Shown: piece after piece, positions 1 through 11,900 of the stretch
Layout: each line of letters opens with the position of its first letter
Numbering within the stretch: position 1 is the stretch's first letter
Assembly: GCA_964016885.1 (NCBI GenBank)
Contig: OZ024744.1
Coordinates: 83,080,001-83,144,000, forward strand
Length of the DNA stretch: 64,000 bases
From: Eledone cirrhosa
Lineage: Eukaryota
Direction of reading: 5' to 3'
Translations under genes and position numbers: made by a program
Notes under the pieces: generated by a model
Told to the model about the DNA's origin: nothing
The model's database searches: none
What the model saw: the letters and a program-made list of their open reading frames with translations, nothing else

Positions 1-600
1 AGTCGTGCGGGCAGAGTCCTCAAACACTCCTTCCAGTGGGTCCTGTGAGAAGCAAACCTCTCTAGTTGAATCCCCAAGCGAGACCATGCAAGCTCAAGAA
101 TGTTATACATCCCTGGGTCTTACATTACTTTTGATTATCGGATGCTAACGCTGGCACATTATTGCACTTAATTCAGCCCCCTGCCTTCCATTACTGGTGA
201 ACCCGGTTGAACTTCTTCACCTGCTTCAGTGGGATTTGACTTACATGTAGAGGATGAGAGTTAGTCTTCGCAGCACTGATTTTCAATTCAGCCGTGAAAT
301 ACTCGGCATCAAAGCTATCAAATGCATGCTTGTCATATATCACCACCTGACAAGTTAATTAACACTATGTCGTGCGCAAATTCCAGACAACTGATCCTAC
401 ACCCGCCTGTCATGATACTATTTCCAACCCAGCTGCACATATCAATCCAGTCCATGATGATTATGAACTGGGGAGGTAACATTTCGCACCCTTGGTGGAG
501 TCCAACTCCCACATTGAATTCTTCGACCTAGCACCATTTTTTCTGAACACAAATACTGTGGCATTCATATAGATACTTCACAGCAACAAGAAGCTGTAAG
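1..600 (-). pseudogene. Decayed non-LTR retrotransposon reverse transcriptase fragment (RTE-like)
   Basis: Minus-strand translation gives VGVGLHQGCEMLPPQFIIIMDW (QG motif), LEFAHDIVL (degenerate FADD) and KQVKKF (EQVxxF); frameshifted. Confidence 0.7.
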
Positions 601-1730
601 ATATTCTTGTGTAATACGTTAAATTTGCATATTTATGTAAATAAGATCAATTGAATAAAAATCTAGATTCGTGTAGTTTCTGATCATTTTATTTTTGTAT
701 ATTGAGAAGGCAAAAGAAACAGTAAAATAGGTCGAGAGATTGTCTTCTTTTGATTTTTTAAAAGGAAAATCATGATTCTTTTGCGTCATGTCAAATAAAA
801 CATACTGTTCTGATCTTACGATTCTTTCACGTGGAATAATACAGGCACTCCTTGAGTTACGACCCCCATGCAGTTCGACAATTTATATTTACACACATGC
901 ACGTGTCTTTCTTTTTCGTATACGTTATGCTTCAACATTCAAATTCATATATATAGGAAGAGGCAAAAATGCTGCTTGCGCAAACAGATATTGATAAATA
1001 CGTACGGGTAAATACGTATAATAAGGTTTAAAAAACAAAATCAAAAGCATTGTTTATTTAATAAAGAAGATATAAGTAAGGCATATAATATTCCCCGCTT
1101 CCAGGTCATAGTTATAGGTCTTCAAGATACATTCATATCAACTGATGATGAGCTGGTTGGATCGAAACCTGATCGTAAGTACCTAAATTATAATTTGTCG
1201 GAAGAAATATTTAAGGGTAACATATATGTTAGAAAGCAAAAGGCTGACACCCGTTATAGTTCAGTTGATTCACCACTTATATGCAGCAGCTTCTCAAATG
1301 TTTTTAATGTTTTCACTGTTTCTTGCTAATTTCTATGCATCTCTATTTATCAGCGTGTCCAGAATAGAGCGGGGAATTTCCTATAATCGCGAGTTTTGGC
1401 TTCAATTCAATAATCTTTTTCCCCGGGAGATGTTTTCAAAGATATCTCAAATGATATAGTTCATCTTCAGGAAGAATTTGAACGTTGAATATATCTCATT
1501 AAATCAAAGGTCAAATTTGAAACAGATATCGTAACTCTGATAATGGATTCGATCACATTATCGAGGCAGAATACATACTGCTGTGAGAAAGATTTTTCAT
1601 TTCCAAAGATAATTTTTCAAAACGTATCTTATTAGAAAAATAATTAAGTTTGTAAATATGGACTATTTTTAACAACTTTTATTCATTTATGTATATACAC
1701 ATGTACATATGTATATACGTGTGTATATGC

Positions 1731-2330
1731 CTGGGGTGCTGGGGTGTCAGGGAGGGGCATGTACCTCTCTAGGGGGGGGGGGGGGCTAGCCATGCCCTTT
1801 TCAGGACAGCTCGTCCTGCATTGGGTCCCACCTAACATTCAGCTCTCACCTGTGGCCCCAAGAAGCTGTAGCATGCGACAGCGGCCACACCCACCCCGGT
1901 AAACCGCCTTGGCTGGCGGGCCGAACTAGGTTGAGGGTAGCCGGACCGGGTCTGAAACCAAAGGTGAGTTAGATAGGGGGTGCCTCCCCCTGCATACGAA
2001 GACTGGACCCGGCGGAGTGAGTGAAGGAGGACAACATCGTCCCAACAGTCACGAAGGCGGCGACAGCAAGCGGTGTGGAGCGCTAGGGCACGGCAAGGCA
2101 CTACAGACGTCGTGGCCATCCACTGCATCCAAGGAAGTCCCTGGTCGTGATGGTCCTCCGTACCACCGGATTCTGGCTTCTGCGGCCGAGTGAGTGGGAC
2201 CGTCACTGTGCACTGGCCCTCCCACTATAAACCTTTCCCGCACAGGTTTCTTCTTTGGCGTGCACTCCCAAAGCCCTGCGGCGATCAAGATGTCATCATC
2301 GTTTACGATGGACAACCAAGAAGGGATTCA
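1731..2330 (+). mobile_element. GC-rich 5' UTR remnant of a non-LTR retrotransposon (RTE-like), with candidate HDV-like ribozyme
   Basis: Sharp GC-rich island in AT-rich DNA with nested hairpins (gggcatg/catgccc, caggac/gtcctg, ccgcc/ggcgg); RTE assignment rests on recalled resemblance only. Confidence 0.5.
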
Positions 2331-2494
2331 TTTAGATATATTTTCAGTGAAATGTAATTTGGCATCGATATACGACTAATGATAGCAACATTCGTATTAA
2401 CGAGAAGTGCCTGAAATATAAAGATTTCCGACAATATTAAGCGTTAAATAGATTTCTCCATTGAACTGTGTTGTTTCTGTTTTATTTCTGCTTT

Positions 2495-3715
<1,221 letters not shown>

Positions 3716-3837
3716 TAATAATAATAAATGCGAGAACTCAAATCCAAAGACATGTATGTATATATTTAATTATTATTACTTTAATAACCTCTGTCATTTT
3801 CGTTCTACTAATTTATTTACATTATTCTTAATTCCGA

Positions 3838-3933
3838 GGTTGACTTTGCCTTTCATCCTTACTGGGTCGATAAAATAAAGTACCAGTAATGCATTGGGTA
3901 ATTGCTGGCCTTGTGCCAAAAGTAGAAACAATC
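3838..3933 (+). mobile_element. 5'-truncated tRNA-derived SINE (family 1) with 14-bp target-site duplication
   Basis: Matches the 3' half of the SINE at 51096-51304; attcttaattccga at 3824-3837 and 3934-3947. Confidence 0.88.
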
Positions 3934-4413
3934 ATTCTTAATTCCGAAGGCGAGAGTCATTCGGTTTCCTAAATAGAATATTAGTCTACGACTTCATTTA
4001 TACCATACACGTGTTTTTTTCTGTGCGTGTAATTGTCCTCATCGATCTACGTAACGACGTATTATCATCGCTTTTTTCCGTTCATTGTCTTCACGAACCA
4101 AAGTATCGTCTTCCTGTATTTTTCGAAATATTTACTTCTGCGTTCACAGATTGATTTTTTTAGTTTCAGAAGATCCCCTTAAGGGTGAAAGTAGCGATTC
4201 TTTGCTTAAACTTTAATATGTTATTTTAATATATATATATATATATAGTATTAAGGATACTATTTATGGTTATGTATATAATAAAACCTTTTAAGGTTTT
4301 ATTATATCTTTTTTATACAAACCCCAAATAGTGAAAGATAGTCATTCATTACTATCTTATTACCAGTAAGATAAATAGCTCAATGTAATAACATCGATTG
4401 TTTTACAGAGCAG

Positions 4414-4496
<83 letters not shown>

Positions 4497-4547
4497 TATA
4501 CATATATATATGCATATATATATATATATATACATATATATCAGAGA

Positions 4548-4600
4548 GTAAGTATGTGTGTATACGTACATACATATATGTATACAGACGTACAGTAGCA

Positions 4601-4682
<82 letters not shown>

Positions 4683-5112
4683 CAGGTACACATACATATA
4701 TGCACGTATCAGTTTAGCGGACGCTTATTATAACGCCGCTTTGTTCGTTTATAAACAAACTGAACAGCCTGAAACTTATGCCGTACAGTGTTAAGGCAAC
4801 CACGTCACCTTTTTGTTCAACACTGACACAGGAACGATGTACTAGTTTCAAGCTTGTTAGCTATCATCAGCACCGTATACCCATCTGCCAGATAGTTGAA
4901 CGTTCGAAAGTATATACTTTCCTTATGAAAATTAACGGCTGAGCAGCCTAATTTGCATATCGAGTGAGTTATGTCGGTCAGGCATACCGAGAACGATAAG
5001 TTGAAATAAAATGAAAACGAAATTTCATTTCTCACTCTTAGTACGGCACTTACTTAAATGTAAGTATGTGTGTATACGTACATACATATATGTATACAGA
5101 CGTACAGTAGCA

Positions 5113-5176
<64 letters not shown>

Positions 5177-5380
5177 GAGGTACACATACATATATGCACG
5201 TATCAGTTTAGCGGACGCTTATTATAACGCCGCTTTGTTCGTTTGTAAACAAACTGAACAGCCTGAATGTTATGCCGTACGGTGTTAAGGCAACCACGTC
5301 ACCTTTTTGTTCAACACTGATACGGGAACGGTGTACTAGTTTCAAGCTTGTTAGCTATCATCAGCACCGTATACCCATCT
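4548..5380 (+). repeat. Local direct duplication of about 330 bp (4548-4886 and 5060-5380)
   Basis: gtaagtatgtgtgtatacg...(TA)n...cagcaccgtatacccatct occurs twice, near-identical. Confidence 0.92.
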
Positions 5381-5949
5381 ATCAGAGTGGTTTGTCAAAA
5401 GTTTCAGTCGTTTTTTGTTTGTTTGCTTTTTGTATTTTGTGGAGTGTTAGCTGGGGAGCGATTGAAGATAATATGGTATTTAAGGCCAAGTTGATGTAAT
5501 GCGATGTGTTTGTATTTTGCATGGTTTTTATTTGTTGTATGTCACATCTACTGTCGATTGACCTTGTCTTGTGTCCAGACCCGACTAATCGGGTATATGG
5601 TGAAAAGTATTGTGTTCCTTCACATCCCAATTTTCGTGTGTGTTGAGGAGTATATTATCTAGTATGTTCCGTTACTTAGTTGAGATAATGAGCTGCTAAG
5701 TTGATATTACTAGCAGGCCGTGTGATAGTATTTAATCTAAACCTTTGTATGCTAGTTTTATTGTACTGTATGTTAGATTTGTTGTGGTGTATGGTAGTGG
5801 TGGGGATAAATGTTTATGGTATAGATGGTGTAGTGCATAATAGTGTTGTTATGGTGCACAGCAGTGTTGGTGTAGTTTAGCGTAATGTTAGTGGGTGTTG
5901 TCTATAGTAATGTTGGTGTGCTGTATGATAGTATTGCGGTAAATAGTTG

Positions 5950-8900
5950 TGTTGGTATGAAGTATGGTAGTGTTGGTGTGGTGGTGTATGGTAGTCTTGA
6001 TATATGGTGTTGGTGTGTTGTATGGTAGTGTTGGTGTGGTGTATGGTAGTTTTAGCGTGGTGTATAGTAGTGTCGGTGTGGTGTATGGTAGTGTTGGTGT
6101 GGTGTATGGTAGTGTTGCTGTGGTGTATGGTGGTTTTGGTGTGATGTATGGTAGTGTTAGCATGGTGTATGGTAGTGTTGGTGTGGTGTATGGTAGAGTT
6201 GGTGTGGTGTATGGTAGTGTTGGAGTGGTGTAAGGTAGTGTTGGTGTGGTGTATGGTAGTGTTAGTGTGGTGTATGGTAGTGTTGGTGTAGTGTATGGTA
6301 GTGTTGGTGTGGTGTATGGTAGTGTTGGTGTGGTGTATGGTAGTGTTGGTGTGGTGTATGGTAGTGTTGGTGTGGTCTATGGTGGTGTTGGTGTGGTGTA
6401 AGGTGGTGTTCGTGTGATGTATTGTAGTGTTGGTGTGGTGTATGGTAATGTTGGTGTGCTGTATGGTAGTGTTGGTGTGGTGTATGTTAGTGCTGGTGTG
6501 GTGTATGGTAGTATTGGTGTGGTGTATGGTAGTGTTGGTGTGGTGTATGGTAGTCCTGGTGTGGTGTATGGTAGTGTTGGTGTGGTGTATGGTGGTGTTG
6601 GTGTGGTGTATGGTAGTGTTGGTGTGGTATATGGTAGTGTTGGTGTGGTGTATGTTAGTGCTGGTGTGGTGTATGGTAGTATTGGTGTGGTGTATGGTAG
6701 TGTTGGTGTGGTGTATGGTAGTGTTGGTGTGGTGTATGGTAGTGTTGGTGTGGTGTATGGTAGTGTTGGTGTTTTGTGTGGTAGTGTTGGTGAGGTGTAT
6801 GGTAGTGTTGGTGTGGTGTATGGTAGTGTTAGTGTGGTGTATTGTAGTGTTGGTGTGGTGTATGGTGGTGTTGGTGTGGTGTATGGTAGTGTTGGTGTGG
6901 TGTATGGTAGTGTTGGCGTGGTGTATTGTAGTGTTGGTGTGGTGTATGGTAGTGTTGGTGTGGTGTATGGTAGTGTTGATGTGGTGTATGGTAGTGTTGA
7001 TGTGGTGTATGGTAGTATTGGTGTGATGTATTGTAGTGTTGGTGTAGTGTATGGTAGTGTTGGTGTGGTGTATGGTAGTGTTGGTGTGTGGTATGGTAGT
7101 GTTGGTGTGGTGTATGGTAGTGTTGATGTGGTGTATGGTAGTGTTGGTGTGGTGTATGGTAGTGTTGGTGTGGTGTGTGGTAGTGTTGGTGTGGTGCATT
7201 GTAGTGTTGGTGTGGTGTATGATAGTGTTGGTGTGGTGTATGGCAGTGTTGGTGTGCTGTATGGTAGTGTTGGTGTGGTGTATGGCAGTGTTGATGTGGT
7301 GTATGGCAGTATTGGTATGATGTATGGTAGTGTTGGTGTGGTGTATGGTAGTGTTGGTGTGGTGTATGGTAGTGTTGGTGTGGTGTATGGTAGTGTTGGT
7401 GTGGTGTATGGTAGTGTTGGTGTTCTGTATCGTAGTGTTGGTGTGGTGTAATGTAGTGTTGGTGTGGTGTATGGTAGTGTTGGTGTGGTGTATGGTAGCG
7501 TTAGTGTTATGTATGGTAGTGTTGGTGTGGTGTATGGCAGTGTTGGTGTGGTGAATGGTAGTGTTGGTGTGGTATATGGTAGTGTTGGTGTGGTGTATGA
7601 TAGTGTTTGTTTGGTGTATGGTAGTGTTGGTGTGGTGTAAGTTAGTGTTGGTGTGCTGTATGGCAGTGTTGGAGTGGTGTAAGGTAGTGTTGGTGTGGTG
7701 TATGGTAGTGTTGGTGTGGTGTATGGTGGTGTTGGTGTGGTGTAAGGTGGTGTTGGTGTGGTCGTGTATGGTAGTGTTGGTGTGGTGTATGGTAGTGTTA
7801 GTGTTATGTATGGTAGTGTTAGTGTTATGTATGGTAGTGTTGGTGTGGTGTATGGTAGCGTTGGTGTGGTGTATGGTAGTGTTAGTGTGATGTATGGTAG
7901 TGTTAGTGTTATGTATGGTAGTGTTGGTGTGGTGTATGGCAGTGTTGGTGTGGTGTATAGTAGTGTCGGTGTGGTGTATGGTAGTGTTGGTGTGGTGTAT
8001 TGTAGTGTTTGCATGGTGTATGGTAGTGTTGGTGTGATGTGTGGTGGTGTTGTTGTGGGGTAAAGTATTGTTCGTGTGGTGTATGGTAGTGTTAGTGTAG
8101 TGTATGGTAGTGTTGGTGTGGTGTATGGTAGTGTTGGTGTGGTGTATGGTAGTGTATGGTAGTGTTAGTGTGGTGTATGGTAGTGTTGGTGTGGTGTATG
8201 GTAGTGTTGGTGTGGTGTATGGTAGTGTTAGTGTGGTGTATGGCAGTGTTCGTGTGGTGTATGGTAGTGTTTTTGTGGTGTATGTCAGTGGTGGTGTGGT
8301 GTATGGTAGTGTTGGTGTGGTGTATGGCCCTGTTAGTGTGGTGTATGTTAGTGTTGGTATGGACTATGGTAGTGTTGGTGTGGTGTATGGTAGTATTGGT
8401 GTGGTGTATGGTAGTGTTAGTGTGGTGTATGGCAGTGTTACGTGGTGTATGGTAGTGTTGGTGTTGTGTATGGTAGTGGTGGTGTGGTATATGGCACTGT
8501 TAGTGTGGTGTATGTTAGTGTTGGTATGGTGTATGGTAGTGTTGGTGTAGTGTATGGTAGTGTTGGTATGGTGTATTGTAGTGTTGGTGTAGTGTATGGT
8601 AGTGTTGGTGTGGTGTATCCTAGTGTTAGTGTGGTGTATGGTAGTGTTAGTGTGGTGTATGGTAGTGTTGGTGTGGTGTGTGGTAGTGTGGTGTATGTTA
8701 GTGTTGGTATGGTAGTGTTGGTGTAGTGTATGGTAGTGTTGGTATGGTGTATTGTAGTGTTGGTCTGCTGTACGGTAGTGTTGGTGTGGTGTGTGGAAGT
8801 GTTGGTATGGACTATGGTAGTGTTAGTGTAGTGTATGGTAGTGTTGGTGTGGTGTATGGTAGTGTTGGTGTGGTGTATGGTAGTGTTAGTGTGGTGTATG

Positions 8901-11900
8901 GCAGTGTTGGTGTGGTGTATGGTAGTGTTGGTGTGGTGTATGGCAGTGTTGGTGTGGTGTATGGTAGTGTTGGTGTAGTGTATGGTGGTGTTAGTGTGGT
9001 GTATGTTAGTGTTGGTATGGACTATGGTAGTGTTGGTGTGGTGTATGGTAGTGTTGGTGTAGTGTATGGTAGTGTTAGTGTGGTGTATGGTAGTGTTGGT
9101 GTGGTGTATGGTAGTGTTGGTGTAGTGTATGGTAGTGTTAGTGTGGTGTATGGTAGTGTTGGTGTGGTGTATGGTAGTGTTGATGTAGTGTATGGTAGTG
9201 TTAGTGTGGTGTGTGGTAGTGTTGGTGTGGTGTATGGTAGTGTTGGTGTGGTGTATGGTAGTGTTGATGTGGTGTATGGCAGTGTTGGTATGCTGTATGG
9301 TAGTGTTGGTGTGGTGTATGGTAGTGTTGGTGTGGTGTATGGTAGTGTTGGTGTGGTGTATGGTAGTGTTGGTGTGGTGTATGGTAGTGTTGGTGTTCTG
9401 TATCGTAGTGTTGGTGTGGTGTAATGTAGTGTTGGTGTGGTGTATGGTAGTGTTGGTGTGGTGTATGGTAGCGTTAGTGTTATGTATGGTAGTGTTGGTG
9501 TGGTGTATGGCAGTGTTGGTGTGGTGTATGGTAGTGTTGGTGTGGTATATGGTAGTGTTGGTGTGGTGTATGATAGTGTTTGTTTGGTGTATGGTAGTGT
9601 TGGTGTGGTGTAAGTTAGTGTTGGTGTGCTGTATGGCAGTGTTGGAGTGGTGTAAGGTAGTGTTGGTGTGGTGTATGGTAGTGTTGGTGTGGTGTATGGT
9701 GGTGTTGGTGTGGTGTAAGGTGGTGTTGGTGTGGTCGTGTATGGTAGTGTTGGTGTGGTGTATGGTAGTGTTAGTGTTATGTATGGTAGTGTTAGTGTTA
9801 TGTATGGTAGTGTTGGTGTGGTGTATGGTAGCGTTGGTGTTGTGTATGGTAGTGTTAGTGTGATGTATGGTAGTGTTAGTGTTATGTATGGTAGTGTTGG
9901 TGTGGTGTATGGCAGTGTTGGTGTGGTGTATGGTAGTGTCGGTGTGGTGTATGGTAGTGTTGGTGTGGTGTATTGTAGTGTTTGCATGGTGTATGGTAGT
10001 GTTGGTGTGATGTGTGGTGGTGTTGTGGGGTAAAGTATTGTTCGTGTGGTGTATGGTAGTGTTAGTGTAGTGTATGGTAGTGTTGGTGTGGTGTATGGTA
10101 GTGTATGGTAGTGTTAGTGTGGTGTATGGTAGTGTTGGTGTGGTGTATGGTAGTGTTGGTGTGGTGTATGGTAGCGTTAGTGTGGTGTATGGCAGTGTTC
10201 GTGTGGTGTATGGTAGTGTTTTTGTGGTGTATGGCAGTGGTGGTGTGGTGTATGGTAGTGTTGGTGTGGTGTATGGCCCTGTTAGTGTGGTGTATGTTAG
10301 TGTTGGTATGGACTATGGTAGTGTTGGTGTGGTGTATGGTAGTATTGGTGTGGTGTATGGTAGTGTTAGTGTGGTGTATGGCAGTGTTGGTGTGGTGTAT
10401 GGTAGTGTTGGTGTGGTGTATGGTAGTGGTGGTGTGGTATATGGCACTGTTAGTGTGGTGTATGTTAGTGTTGGTATGGTGTATGGTAGTGTTGGTGTAG
10501 TGTATGGTAGTGTTGGTATGGTGTATTGTAGTGTTGGTGTAGTGTATGGTAGTGTTGGTGTGGTGTATCCTAGTGTTAGTGTGGTGTATGGTAGTGTTAG
10601 TGTGGTGTATGGTAGTGTTGGTGTGGTGTGTGGTAGTGTGGTGTATGTTAGTGTTGGTATGGTAGTGTTGGTGTAGTGTATGGTAGTGTTGGTATGGTGT
10701 ATTGTAGTGTTGGTCTGCTGTACGGTAGTGTTGGTGTGGTGTGTGGAAGTGTTGGTATGGACTATGGTAGTGTTAGTGTAGTGTATGGTAGTGTTGGTGT
10801 TGTGTATGGTAGTGTTGGTGTGGTGTATGGTAGTGTTAGTGTGGTGTATGGCAGTGTTGGTGTGGTGTATGGTAGTGTTGGTGTGGTGTATGGCAGTGTT
10901 GGTGTGGTGTATGGTAGTGTTGGTGTAGTGTATGGTGGTGTTAGTGTGGTGTATGTTAGTGTTGGTATGGACTATGGTAGTGTTGGTGTGGTGTATGGTA
11001 GTGTTGGTGTAGTGTATGGTAGTGTTAGTGTGGTGTATGGTAGTGTTGGTGTGGTGTATGGTAGTGTTGGTGTAGTGTATGGTAGTGTTAGTGTGGTGTA
11101 TGGTAGTGTTGGTGTGGTGTATGGTAGTGTTGATGTAGTGTATGGTAGTGTTAGTGTGGTGTGTGGTAGTGTTGGTGTGGTGTATGGTAGTGTTGGTGTG
11201 GTGTATGGTAGTGTTGGTGTGGTGTATGGTAGTGTTAGTGTGGTGTATGGCAGTGTTGGTGTGGTGTATGGTAGTGTTAGTGTGGTGTATGGTAGTGTTA
11301 GTGTGGTGTATAGCAGTGTTGGTGTGGTGTATGGTAGTGTTGGTGTGGTGCATGGTAGTCCTGGTGTGGTGTATGGTAGTGTTGGTGTAGTGTATGGTAG
11401 TGTTAGTGTGGTGTATGGTAGTGTTAGTGTGGTGTATGGCAGTGTTGGTGTGGTGTATGGTAGTGTTGGTGTGGTGTATGGTAGTTTTAATGTGGTGTAT
11501 GGTAGTGTTGGTGTGGTGTATGGTAGTGTTGGTGTGGTATATGGTAGTGTTGGTATGGACTATGGCAGTGTTGGTGTGGTGTATGGTAGTGTTGGTGTGA
11601 TGTATGGCACTGTTAGTGTTGTGTATGGTAGTGTTGGTGTGGTGTATGGTAGTGTTGGTGTGGTGTATGGTAGTGTTGGTGTGGTGTATGGTAGTGTTGG
11701 TGTGGTGTATGGCAGTGTTGGTGTGGTGTATGGTAGTGTTGGTGTGGTGTATGGTAGTGTTGGTGTGGTGTATGGTAGTGTTGGTGTGGTGTATGGTAGT
11801 GTTGATGTGGTGTATGGTAGTGTTGGTGTGGTTATGGTAGTGTTGGTGTGGTGTGTGGTAGTGTTGGTGTGGTGTATTGTAGTGTTGGTGTGGTGTATGA

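Noticed and set aside
1135-1185. Hammerhead at ctgatga...gaaac
   Set aside because: Core words are present but stem I cannot be paired and stem II is mismatched; at best a decayed remnant
4276-4307. 15-bp-arm AT-rich palindrome as a functional element
   Set aside because: Low complexity and short; plausible by chance or slippage in this composition
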